Below are positions 46,519 to 55,734 of a DNA stretch of 61,132 nt, one piece after another. How positions within the stretch are numbered: the first letter of the stretch is position 1; every line of letters starts with the position of its first letter. Under the pieces are notes generated by a model. That model was given only the letters and a program-made list of their open reading frames with translations. It did not search any database and had not been told where the DNA came from. Location: contig JASFYY010000029.1 of assembly GCA_045046875.1 (NCBI GenBank), positions 1 to 61,132 of the forward strand. The letters are read 5' to 3'. The position numbers were made by a program, and so were the translations under genes. The stretch is from Verrucomicrobiota bacterium (GTDB lineage Bacteria > Verrucomicrobiota > Verrucomicrobiia > Verrucomicrobiales > DEV007).

Positions 46519-47253
46519 CTATTTTAATTCGAGCACATCCTGCATGTCGAACAGGCCGTGGTCTTTGTTTTGCAGCCACAAGGCGGCTCTGACCGCCCCG
46601 CAGGCAAAGGTGTCACGACTGGAGGCCTTGTGGGTCAACTCCACCCGCTCGCCGGAGCCGGCATAGATGACCGTGTGATCGCCAACCACGTCGCCACCAC
46701 GCACCGCGTGTAGTCCTATTTCAGTGTTGCTGCGTGGGCCGACGTCGCCGTGACGTCCGTGCATGGTGTTATCATCGTAAGAGAGTCCACGGGTTTCATC
46801 GAGGATCTCAACCAGGCGTCGCGCGGTGCCGCTGGGAGAGTCGACTTTGTCGCGGTGGTGCATTTCGACTACTTCTAGGTCGAAGTTTTCGCCGAGGATC
46901 TCGGTGGCGCGTCGTGTCAGGTAAAAGAGGGTGTTCACGCCGACGCTGAAGTTGGGAGCTTTGACGATGGCGATGCTTTCTGCTGCTTTATTGATAAATG
47001 CGAGTTCTTCGTCGTTGTGCCCGGTGGTGCCGGTCACCACTTTGACCTTCTGTTCCAAGCAGGCTTCGAGCAGTTCGGTGGTGAAGCTGTGATGGCTGAA
47101 ATCGATCACCGTATTGCATCCTTCGAGAGCTTCTTTGAGTGAGTCGCCCATGTCGATCTGTGCGCCCACTTGAGCTTGATCGGATTTTTCAGCGCAGGAG
47201 ATCACGGCTTGACCCATGCGGCCTTTGGCGCCTGTTACGAGCAGTTTTGTCAT
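46519..47253 (-). CDS. dapB: 4-hydroxy-tetrahydrodipicolinate reductase
   Basis: GAKGRMG, GTTG, NFSVG, EMHHRDKVDSPSGTA. Confidence 0.97.
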   Translation of the reverse strand: MTKLLVTGAKGRMGQAVISCAEKSDQAQVGAQIDMGDSLKEALEGCNTVIDFSHHSFTTELLEACLEQKVKVVTGTTGHNDEELAFINKAAESIAIVKAPNFSVGVNTLFYLTRRATEILGENFDLEVVEMHHRDKVDSPSGTARRLVEILDETRGLSYDDNTMHGRHGDVGPRSNTEIGLHAVRGGDVVGDHTVIYAGSGERVELTHKASSRDTFACGAVRAALWLQNKDHGLFDMQDVLELK

Positions 47254-47301
47254 ATATTTAATCGGGTGAATTTATTGATTATCAGCGATTTGCTTGATTT
47301 T

Positions 47302-48180
47302 TTAAATAATTTCTAAACTTTTAAGAATGCCTTCCAAAGCACTGCATTTGGCGTCTTCCATTGCCACCAAGGGCAGGCGGACTTCACTGGAGCAAAGGTT
47401 CGCCAGGTTCAGCGCGGTTTTGATGGGCACCGGATTGGGCGCCATTTGCAGCATGGCGCTGAACAGCGGGTAGTATTTCTGATGGATCGCCAGAGCGTCT
47501 TTGAAACGATCGTCCAGGGCGGAGGCTACCAATTGGCTCATTGCTGCGGGAATAATATTCGAAGCTACGCTGATCACTCCAACGGCACCTACGCTCATGA
47601 AGGGCAGGGTGAGGGAGTCGTCGCCGGAAAGCAGTTCGAAGGATTCGGGCAGGACTTGTTTGAGCTGGTTGATTCTCTCGGAGGCACCGCCGGCTTCTTT
47701 CAAGGCGACGATATTCGAGCAATTTTCTGCCAGACGCGAGACTGTATCAACATTAATCTCGATGCCGCAACGTCCGGGAATCGAATACAGAATGATGGGC
47801 AGCTCGGAAGAATCGGCGATGGCGCGGAAATGTTGATAGAGGCCTTCCGGGGAGGGTTTGTTGTAATAAGGGGCGACGATCAAAGCAGCGTCGGCACCAG
47901 CATTTTGGGCTTGTTGGATCAGCGAAATGGCTTCGTCGGTGGAGTTGGATCCGGTTCCGGCGATCACCAGACCGCGTTTGGCGGTGTGTTCCACCGCGAG
48001 TTCGATTACCCGGATGTGTTCTTCGTGGGACAGGGTCGGGGCCTCGCCGGTGGTGCCGACTGGCACGACTCCAGAGATTCCGTTTTCGAATTGGCGATCG
48101 ATCAGTGCGCAAAAGGCATTGGTGTCGATGCCTTGATCGGTGAAAGGGGTGGCTAGGGCGGTGTGGACTCCGGCAAACAT
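47302..48180 (-). CDS. dapA: 4-hydroxy-tetrahydrodipicolinate synthase
   Basis: GTTGE, PYYNKP, YSIPGR, LKEA, SGDD, NPVPIK. Confidence 0.97.
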   Translation of the reverse strand: MFAGVHTALATPFTDQGIDTNAFCALIDRQFENGISGVVPVGTTGEAPTLSHEEHIRVIELAVEHTAKRGLVIAGTGSNSTDEAISLIQQAQNAGADAALIVAPYYNKPSPEGLYQHFRAIADSSELPIILYSIPGRCGIEINVDTVSRLAENCSNIVALKEAGGASERINQLKQVLPESFELLSGDDSLTLPFMSVGAVGVISVASNIIPAAMSQLVASALDDRFKDALAIHQKYYPLFSAMLQMAPNPVPIKTALNLANLCSSEVRLPLVAMEDAKCSALEGILKSLEII

Positions 48181-48208
48181 GGTGTTTGGTGGTAAAAAGT
48201 GAGTGGTT

Positions 48209-49030
48209 TTAGTTTAGAAAAGTTCCTTCAAAAGTGAATTCAGCTGGTCCGGTGAGAGTCGCGTTTTCAACATCACCGTCAGGATTTTTTTCAAAATCGA
48301 CTAACAGGGTATCGCCTCCGCGCACGGTGATTTTTATCGGCAGTGGAGCATCGTTGAGCTGATGATGCATCAGGGCGCAGGCGACCATGCCAGTGCCGCA
48401 AGCCAGGGTTTCGTCTTCGACACCGCGCTCATAGGTGCGGATGGAGATGTGATCCGGCGTTTCGATTTGCATGAAATTGACGTTGCTGCCAGCCGGAGCA
48501 AAGTGGGCGTGATGCCGCAAGGCGGAGCCTAGGGTGCGGATGTCGGTATTTTCCAGGTCATCGACGGTGACCACCGCATGGGGGACGCCGGTATTGACCG
48601 AGTGAACGGTTATTTGCTCGCCATTGACCTCCAGACTGCTATTGAGTTTTTGATCCTGGGGGCGGCCGAGATCGATGCGGATGGTATCGCCGAGGAATTG
48701 AGCCTGAATGACACCGGCCATGGTTTCGAAAGAGACCTGCTCGAGTTGCTTGTCGTTCAAGCGATTGACAAAAGCGGCAAAACAGCGCGCACCGTTGCCG
48801 CACATTTCAGCTTCGCCGCCGTCGGCATTATAATAACGCATGCGGTAATCCGCGCCGTTTTCAGAACGGTCTTCAGCGGGCTCGACGGCCAGCAGGCCGT
48901 CGGCACCGATGCCCCTTTGACGTTGGCACAGCAGGGAGATCTCTTCGCGGCTAAGCGAGAGCTGGTTTTTTCGGTTGTCCACAACGACAAAATCGTTGCC
49001 GGCACCGTTCATTTTCCAGAAATGGATCAT
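48209..49030 (-). CDS. dapF: Diaminopimelate epimerase
   Basis: KMNGAGNDF, GIGADG, EMCGNGARC, GVPH, ERGV..ETLACGTG. Confidence 0.97.
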   Translation of the reverse strand: MIHFWKMNGAGNDFVVVDNRKNQLSLSREEISLLCQRQRGIGADGLLAVEPAEDRSENGADYRMRYYNADGGEAEMCGNGARCFAAFVNRLNDKQLEQVSFETMAGVIQAQFLGDTIRIDLGRPQDQKLNSSLEVNGEQITVHSVNTGVPHAVVTVDDLENTDIRTLGSALRHHAHFAPAGSNVNFMQIETPDHISIRTYERGVEDETLACGTGMVACALMHHQLNDAPLPIKITVRGGDTLLVDFEKNPDGDVENATLTGPAEFTFEGTFLN

Positions 49031-49084
49031 CGTTCGGAATGTTGGCTCTCCCGCCGGGGCGGTGAGTTTTGCCAGAAAGGGAAA

Positions 49085-49891
49085 TTAGACTGACTTCACC
49101 GCATCCACAAGCGGTTTCACGTAGGCTTCGACCTGTTTTGCCAGATCCTCCTTGTCGCCATATTGTTCGACGCAACGCACGATCGCCGAACCGACCACCA
49201 CGCCATCAGCCGAACGAGCGACGCTCAGTGCCTGGTCGGGGGTGGAAATGCCAAAACCGACCACCACTGGAAGTTGGGTATGTTGCTGGATGCCAGCGAC
49301 TTGCTCATCAATATCGTCAGCGAGATCACTTTTGGCACCAGTCACACCTTCCCGGCAGACATAATAGATGAAACCTTCGCCACTACGGGTGATCGACTGG
49401 ATGCGCTCATCCGGGGTGGTGGGTGCGATCAAGCGGATATGACACAGTTCGTTTGATTCTTTGAGTTCGGCATTCCATTGGCTTTCTTCCGGCGGAAGGT
49501 CGAGGAACAAAACCCCATCGACTCCAGCGGCGGCGGCTTCCTGATGAAAACGGGAAAAACCGTAAACGTAAACTGGGTTCAGGTAGGTGAAAAAGACGAT
49601 CGGAGTCTGCGAGCCGGTTTTGCGAAAATCTCTAACCAGGTCAAGCGTGCCGGCCAGAGTTGCGCCGGCATCGAGTGCGCGTTGGGCGGCCATTTGGTTG
49701 ACCACGCCGTCCGCCAGCGGATCGGAAAAAGCTACGCCGAGTTCGATGATGTCGGCACCCGCGCGTTCGAGGGCTAACATGACTTCGAGCGAGCGCGGCA
49801 TGTCGGGATCACCGGCTGCCACGTAAGCGACAAAGGCGGTTTTATTATCACTGCGGAGTTGGCTGAAAACTTGATCGATACGGTTGCTCAT
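49085..49891 (-). CDS. trpA: Tryptophan synthase alpha chain
   Basis: AGDP, ELG..FSDPLADG, YLNP, DLPPEE, GVTG, VGFGIS, DGVVVGSA. Confidence 0.96.
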   Translation of the reverse strand: MSNRIDQVFSQLRSDNKTAFVAYVAAGDPDMPRSLEVMLALERAGADIIELGVAFSDPLADGVVNQMAAQRALDAGATLAGTLDLVRDFRKTGSQTPIVFFTYLNPVYVYGFSRFHQEAAAAGVDGVLFLDLPPEESQWNAELKESNELCHIRLIAPTTPDERIQSITRSGEGFIYYVCREGVTGAKSDLADDIDEQVAGIQQHTQLPVVVGFGISTPDQALSVARSADGVVVGSAIVRCVEQYGDKEDLAKQVEAYVKPLVDAVKSV

Positions 49892-50044
49892 GGACGCCCG
49901 CAAAGTGAAGGCAAGGGGAGAGCAACGCAAGCGAGGATTTTGGAGAAAATAGAAAAGAGGAGAGAATCAGGAGATCCGCTATTGGACGCTAAGGAATGAC
50001 GGATTTCAGAGGTTGCCGTAAATCTCAAATTTTAAATCTTCCTG

Positions 50045-53000
50045 CTACTTCACCTGCGCGGTTTTGTTTTTTTCTTCAGCTTGGTTGAGGGAGGGGAAGT
50101 CGTAGAGGATTTTGCGGGTTTTGCCATCCCATACGCGGAGTTTTCCATCCTGTCCTCCGGCGATGACGTAGGCTCCACCTGCAGAAATGGCGGCGGTGTA
50201 GATGAAACTGTCGGTATCGGGCAGGGCAACGGTGCCCAGTTTGACTTTTTTGTCTCCCGAGGCGGTGAGCAGTTGGTCGGTGTTGGAGATGTAGGCAACG
50301 GCGGTCACTTCTTTTTCATAACCTTCGATTTTCTTGGTTTGCGAGCCGGTTTCGAAGTCCCAGATTTTGACTTGTTTGTCGGCGCTGCCGGAAGCCAGAA
50401 AACGACCATCCGGACTCCAGTCCACGGCCAGCACATGTGAGGTGTGGCCTTCGTACCCACGGATGAATTCCAAGGTGCCGGGATCAAAGGTTTTCACAAA
50501 ACGGTCGGTGGATGCGGTGGCGATTTTTCTGTCATCGGGTGAGAACGCGATGGCGGCGATGGTATCGTCGTGGGCTTCGTTATTGGCAATGATGGTTTTG
50601 TGGGTCAGGGCATCCCATAAGCGTAATTCGCCGCTGCGTGAGGGGACACCTGAGCCGGTGGCGAGGATGGACCCGTCACGACTGTAGGCGAGCGCGGTCA
50701 CTCGGTCGGGAAAAATGTCGGAGTTTTCACCGTCCCCCAGATTGGCCGTCCAAGTCCACTGGGGGTCGGGGTTCCAAGTGGCTAGTTTTTTGTCTTTTTG
50801 TGCGCCTAACAATTGCCCTGTGGCAGCGTAATGGATGGCCAGTGTAGGGCTGCTTTGTTCGATGCTGTGGAGGAATTTTCCGGTGGAGGCATTCCAGAAA
50901 CGAAGGGAACCGTCAGCAAGCGCTACCGCGGCTTGGCTGGAGTCGTTTGAAAACGCCAATGCCTGCACCGCTATAGCGTCGTCTTTTTTGATGCCTTCGT
51001 TGAGTTTTTTGATTTCTTCGCTGAGGCTTTTTTCAATGGTGGTTGCCGTTTGGTTTTTGATTTTCAGGGCGACGTGTTTTTCGGCAGCTTGGGAGGTTAG
51101 GCGAATGGACAGGTCGCGATTGCGTTCTGCAATGGCCAGGGCATTTTTGGCTTTGGCGGTTTCTTCTGTGGCTTTTTTAAGATCAGCCTCTTTGGCAGCG
51201 GGTAATTTGCGCCGCAGACGCTTGAGCATGGTTATTTTTTTCTCGGTTTCGAGACGGGCGGCAACTGCTTTGGTGGCGGCTTCAGTGGCTTTAGTGGATT
51301 CCTCTTGCCACACCTTTTCTGCTGCAGGCAGGGCCTTGGTGAATTCGGCAGCCAGGCGTTTGGCGAGATCGACGCGGCGCTGCATGGCATCGCGCTCGGC
51401 GAGTAGATCGGCGTTACCTTTCAGTTCAGCTAAACGTTTGCCGTCTTTGGCATTCCAGAGCCGGGCCGGACCTTCCTTGGCAGATGAAAGGATGTATTGT
51501 CCATTGGCGCTGACGGCCAGATAGGCGACAGCACCGCCACCGTGATTGATGGTTCGGATGGCTTTTTTGCCAGCGATGTCCCAGATGCGGATGCTCCCGT
51601 CTTCCGAGGCCGAGACGATTTGTTTGCCTTCGGGATCAAGCAGGGCTAGAGAGCTAACGGGTTTGCTGTGTCCTTTGAGTTCGGTATAAACCAGAGCGGC
51701 AGGTTTTTTGGGAGCTGGGGGTTTGGCTGCCGGTTTGGGAGCAGCCGCTTTGGCCGGTGCTGGTTTTTTAGCTGTTGCCGGTTTTGGGGGAGCTGGTTTT
51801 GCGGCGGGTTTCGCTGGAGCTACTTTTTTGGCGGGAGCTGAAACAGCAGTGACTTCAGTCATGGTGATAATAGCGGTGAGGGCGCGAGCTCTGGCGAGTG
51901 CTGGGGAATGACTGGCCGATGGGGCTGCAGCTGATTTTTTAGCAGCAGGTTTTGGTGCGGGAGTTGCTTTGGCAGGGGCAGGTTTTTTGACAGCGGGCTT
52001 GGGCGCTGGTTTGGCTGCAGGAGCTGCGGGTGGATCAAAGGCGCTGAGCGGATAGAGGCGGATTTGATTGTCGCTTCCCGCGCAAGCCAGTTGATTGCCG
52101 GTTTTGAGATAGACCAGCGCGTTTTGCGCAATACCGGTATCGATTTTTTTGCTTTTGGTCGGAGCGGCTACGCTGCGCAGGCGCAGGGATTTGTCAGCAG
52201 AGGCTGAAATGAGCGAGGCATTGTCGCTGGTGAAAGCCAAGGCGGTGACGGCTGCGCCGTGGTCTTTGACTGTCACCGGTTTGGCTTTTGCATCGTGAGC
52301 GTTGACGAGGGTGATCGAGCCGTCGATGCCGCCGGAAGCGATCCATTTGCCATCCGGGCTGGTGGTCACGGTTTTGCTTTCTGCGGGCAAAGCCACTTCG
52401 CTTTCTTTTTTGCTGGGGGTCATAGTCCAGAGTTTGGCGATGCGGAAACCGCCGGAAGCAAGATCGCCGTTAGGGCTGAAAGCCAGGGTGCTGACAAAGT
52501 CCTTGTGGGCGGCTCCTCGTGTGGAGAGGCCGGAGTCTTTAAGCGCAGGGTCACTGATGGTGCTGATTAATTTTCCGCGACGCAGGTCATAGAGTTGGAT
52601 TTCATGGCCACGACCTACGGCGGCAAAATGTCCGTCACTGGAAAGGGCGGAGGCGTAGATGGGTTGGATGCCGGTGAGAGGAGCCCATTTTTTCGGTGCT
52701 TCAGCAATCACACGTGAGCCTATTGCTCCCTGATCAATCCACAGTTTGAGTAAAGCGAGTTGTTCGGGAGTCAGGTTTTTAGCTTTGGATTTGTTTTTAT
52801 CCGGGGGCATGGTGGGCTCTTCGATATGTCCGGAGGTGGTGAAGAGCAGGCTGTCGTTGCCTTTGCCGGGAACGACCGAGGCGCCGGTGTCGCCACCTTT
52901 GATCATCAGCTCTGGAGTCTCGATGTTGAGCTTTGCTTTTGCTTTTGTGGTATTGTGGCAAGCGAGGCAGTTCTTGCGCAGGAAAGGGTATATTTCCTTG

Positions 53001-53179
53001 CCGAAATCCACTTTGCGATCAGCGCTGATTTTAGCGATCTTTAGTGGTTCGGCGGAGCTTGGGGAAAGGTTGATCGCATTCAATACAAGGGCAAATCCCG
53101 TTCCAAGAATGAAAGCGGAAGAGGGAACCCGTAACGAGAGCTTATTATGTAGGATGGTTTTTTTGTGGTTCGAGATCAT
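50045..53179 (-). CDS. Planctomycete-type cytochrome c (PSCyt1) + WD40-repeat protein with Pro/Ala/Lys linker and coiled coil
   Basis: VDF.KEI.P.L..NCLACH...MPP...WIDQGA; many WD40 units (GH..V..L..SPDG..LASGS.DK..KIWD). Confidence 0.88.
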   Translation of the reverse strand: MISNHKKTILHNKLSLRVPSSAFILGTGFALVLNAINLSPSSAEPLKIAKISADRKVDFGKEIYPFLRKNCLACHNTTKAKAKLNIETPELMIKGGDTGASVVPGKGNDSLLFTTSGHIEEPTMPPDKNKSKAKNLTPEQLALLKLWIDQGAIGSRVIAEAPKKWAPLTGIQPIYASALSSDGHFAAVGRGHEIQLYDLRRGKLISTISDPALKDSGLSTRGAAHKDFVSTLAFSPNGDLASGGFRIAKLWTMTPSKKESEVALPAESKTVTTSPDGKWIASGGIDGSITLVNAHDAKAKPVTVKDHGAAVTALAFTSDNASLISASADKSLRLRSVAAPTKSKKIDTGIAQNALVYLKTGNQLACAGSDNQIRLYPLSAFDPPAAPAAKPAPKPAVKKPAPAKATPAPKPAAKKSAAAPSASHSPALARARALTAIITMTEVTAVSAPAKKVAPAKPAAKPAPPKPATAKKPAPAKAAAPKPAAKPPAPKKPAALVYTELKGHSKPVSSLALLDPEGKQIVSASEDGSIRIWDIAGKKAIRTINHGGGAVAYLAVSANGQYILSSAKEGPARLWNAKDGKRLAELKGNADLLAERDAMQRRVDLAKRLAAEFTKALPAAEKVWQEESTKATEAATKAVAARLETEKKITMLKRLRRKLPAAKEADLKKATEETAKAKNALAIAERNRDLSIRLTSQAAEKHVALKIKNQTATTIEKSLSEEIKKLNEGIKKDDAIAVQALAFSNDSSQAAVALADGSLRFWNASTGKFLHSIEQSSPTLAIHYAATGQLLGAQKDKKLATWNPDPQWTWTANLGDGENSDIFPDRVTALAYSRDGSILATGSGVPSRSGELRLWDALTHKTIIANNEAHDDTIAAIAFSPDDRKIATASTDRFVKTFDPGTLEFIRGYEGHTSHVLAVDWSPDGRFLASGSADKQVKIWDFETGSQTKKIEGYEKEVTAVAYISNTDQLLTASGDKKVKLGTVALPDTDSFIYTAAISAGGAYVIAGGQDGKLRVWDGKTRKILYDFPSLNQAEEKNKTAQVK

Positions 53180-55707
53180 TTCTTTTTTTCCGGTTTGGGC
53201 ACAGCTTTGACTTCAACAGAGATAGGGAATGAATAAGCCGCAAAAGGCAGATTTTTTTCTTTGGCTTTATTTTCAGCGGTTTTGATCTGTTTGTCGGCAG
53301 CGGCTTTGACTTGCGCCGACTTTTTGGCTTTAGCTGTTGCTGCAGTAGATTGTTGGGTCAACGCAGTCAGTTTTTTTTGCGCGGCATTGCTTATTTTAGT
53401 GAGGTTTTTTCTGGCCGCATCATCGGCCGCTGCGGTAGCCGCTTTTTTGGCTTGGGCGAGTTTCTTTTGGCTTTGAGTGACCTGTTTTTTGAGTGAGGCG
53501 GCTTCTAGATTGAACTTTTTTTCCAAGGCTTCAAGCCGGGATTTTTCAGCTTTGGCTTTGGCCACTGCTGCAGGATTGTATTGGTAAGCAGTATTGCCAA
53601 TAGCTTGCAGGACAAACTGGTAACGACCGGGTTCGATTTTAAAATTGCCGCCAGGTTTGAAATCAATGATGATTTTCCCCTCAGTCTTTTTTTCTGGGAT
53701 CGAAATTTTGGGAGGGTTGCGCAGCATGCCGGGGAAGCCGTGCACTTCGATTGCCAGATTGCCTTTTCTGGAAGCGGTGTCAGCTACTTTGATGGGGATT
53801 TCCAGTTTTTGATTCAGTTCCACTTGCCAGGTTTTGTTTTCTACAGGCTCAATCGCAGCCGGGGCAAGTTCCTTGTCGGTGACCGAGAGCACGATCTCCT
53901 TGTCGAGCCGCGAGCGCACTTGTCGCTGTCCGGCAAATACCCGGATCCCCCAGATGATGGAGGCGTTGTGAGCTAGATGGGTCACATTTTTTCCAGCGAT
54001 CGTGGAGCTTCCGGTTAGCTTGATAGCTCCTGTCCAGGCAGGTGCATCGGCGGCGGCTTTGAGGGTGATGAATCCTTCCCGGGATTTTCCGCTGAGCACC
54101 AAGGGTTTTGCCGTTACTCCTTGGGGCAGTCCTGATGCGGTGATGGTGATATCACCTTGGTAACCGTCATGGCGCAGGGCGATGACGCGGTAGACCAGTG
54201 AGCCGTTGCGGCGCAGCAGTGGGGTGGCGGGGAAGGCGTCGTTATTGATAATCTTGGTGCGTTCGTGACCGGAGATGAGTTGGAAGTCATGTTGTGGTTT
54301 GCGTAGCGCCAGACGGTAGAGATGCGCGGGGCTACCGCCGGCCAGTTGATTGATAATAGTGATTTGATAATCGCCATCCTGCGGGGCTTTGAACTCGAGT
54401 TCGGAGTCCAGCGAGTCGGCGTTGAGATCATTGAACTGAGTGACGGCGAAAAAACTTTTAGGATCATCGTTTTCAATCACTTTGGTCAATTTCTCGATGC
54501 CTTTGTCACCTTTTTCGATTTTGTGGATGACCACAAAAGTATCGGTTGTCGATCCGATGCGGTCGGAAATAGTTTCTACCCAGAAAACATCATCCTTTTT
54601 AGCACTGAAGCGGTAAGTGTCGGCGTCACCGGCTTGGTCAAAACGTCCGGCGATTTCACAGGGAAGGGTGATTTTTTGTTTCTCGATATTTGCTTTTTCG
54701 AGTATAACCGGAGCGGTGGCAAAACCGATGCGGGTTAGATTGGACTTTCCGTGGCGGTAGGAAAAAGTGGGGATCAAGGCTTGGCGTGGAGTGCCGGGAT
54801 GAAATTCGGGGGCAACTTGCACGGTGGTCGGAACATCGATTTTGGTTTCGAGTGAGCCGAGGGTTTTGTTTTTGAGTGAAACATTTTCTCCCAGACTGGC
54901 GCCGGGCAAATTGCGTCCGTATAGGGTGAAACTCCCTTTTGCACCCGCTTTGCCAGCAGGGGGGAAGACAAAGTCTATGTGAGGATCGGTGGAGGCTTTG
55001 AGCCGGTAAAAGTAGTGACCGTTGCCACGGTAAAGGGTGTCAGAAACTGCGATGAAATATTCACCGTCAGCAGCGGGTGAGAAATCGATGAAGGGGTCTT
55101 TGTTAAAGTGGCGACGGTTGCTTTCGAGTTCGCGGCCAGCAGAGTCGTACACGGAGATCAAGCCGTCGGCACGGGAATCGAGCCGTTCGGCCCACAACTG
55201 GATCAGTAGACGTTGCCCTTTTTTGGCGGTGATTTTGTACCAATCGATGCCTTTGTTATTCATGCTACCTGTGACGCCGGTTTCGAGTGCCAAGGGCATG
55301 GCTGATTCTCTTTTGGAGTGATCCCCTTGTTCGAGAATCTCGTTGGCGTCTTTGGAGATCACCATGAAAGGTCGGGCGGTGGAAAGCCCGAAATATCCCA
55401 GAGAGCGTACGTCGTAGATGCCGGGAGGCATATCCGCGGGGATGTTTATTTTGAAACGATTGAGGATGGGGCGGGGGGCAGGGTGGAAGTCATCCGCCGG
55501 ATACATCGCCGGGCTTGCTTTGATTCGTTGATCGCTGAAATAGAGGTCGCGGATCTCTTCTAAATTAGTTCCGCTAAGGTTCACTTCAACGGTTGATCCT
55601 GCTTTGGCGATCGCAGGAGAGATTGTTAATAAATCAGTTTCAGGCAGGAAAGCATATAGCTTACCCAGACTGAGCAAGAAGAAAGTTATGGTGATATACG
55701 CTCGCAT
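53176..55707 (-). CDS. Secreted PPC (pre-peptidase C-terminal)-domain protein, paralog 2
   Basis: Signal peptide; DWYK..AKKGQRL...AERLDS..D...DP..DF...DGEY; second PPC-like unit; Ala/Lys coiled coil near the C-terminus. Confidence 0.8.
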   Translation of the reverse strand: MRAYITITFFLLSLGKLYAFLPETDLLTISPAIAKAGSTVEVNLSGTNLEEIRDLYFSDQRIKASPAMYPADDFHPAPRPILNRFKINIPADMPPGIYDVRSLGYFGLSTARPFMVISKDANEILEQGDHSKRESAMPLALETGVTGSMNNKGIDWYKITAKKGQRLLIQLWAERLDSRADGLISVYDSAGRELESNRRHFNKDPFIDFSPAADGEYFIAVSDTLYRGNGHYFYRLKASTDPHIDFVFPPAGKAGAKGSFTLYGRNLPGASLGENVSLKNKTLGSLETKIDVPTTVQVAPEFHPGTPRQALIPTFSYRHGKSNLTRIGFATAPVILEKANIEKQKITLPCEIAGRFDQAGDADTYRFSAKKDDVFWVETISDRIGSTTDTFVVIHKIEKGDKGIEKLTKVIENDDPKSFFAVTQFNDLNADSLDSELEFKAPQDGDYQITIINQLAGGSPAHLYRLALRKPQHDFQLISGHERTKIINNDAFPATPLLRRNGSLVYRVIALRHDGYQGDITITASGLPQGVTAKPLVLSGKSREGFITLKAAADAPAWTGAIKLTGSSTIAGKNVTHLAHNASIIWGIRVFAGQRQVRSRLDKEIVLSVTDKELAPAAIEPVENKTWQVELNQKLEIPIKVADTASRKGNLAIEVHGFPGMLRNPPKISIPEKKTEGKIIIDFKPGGNFKIEPGRYQFVLQAIGNTAYQYNPAAVAKAKAEKSRLEALEKKFNLEAASLKKQVTQSQKKLAQAKKAATAAADDAARKNLTKISNAAQKKLTALTQQSTAATAKAKKSAQVKAAADKQIKTAENKAKEKNLPFAAYSFPISVEVKAVPKPEKKK

Positions 55708-55734
55708 GTGAAAGTTAAGGATGGAGAAGTGAGA

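Noticed and set aside
45202..49891. trpA without trpB heading dapF-dapA-dapB-folK-panB
   Set aside because: Mixed housekeeping operons with scattered pathway genes are common in PVC genomes; all proteins look canonical.
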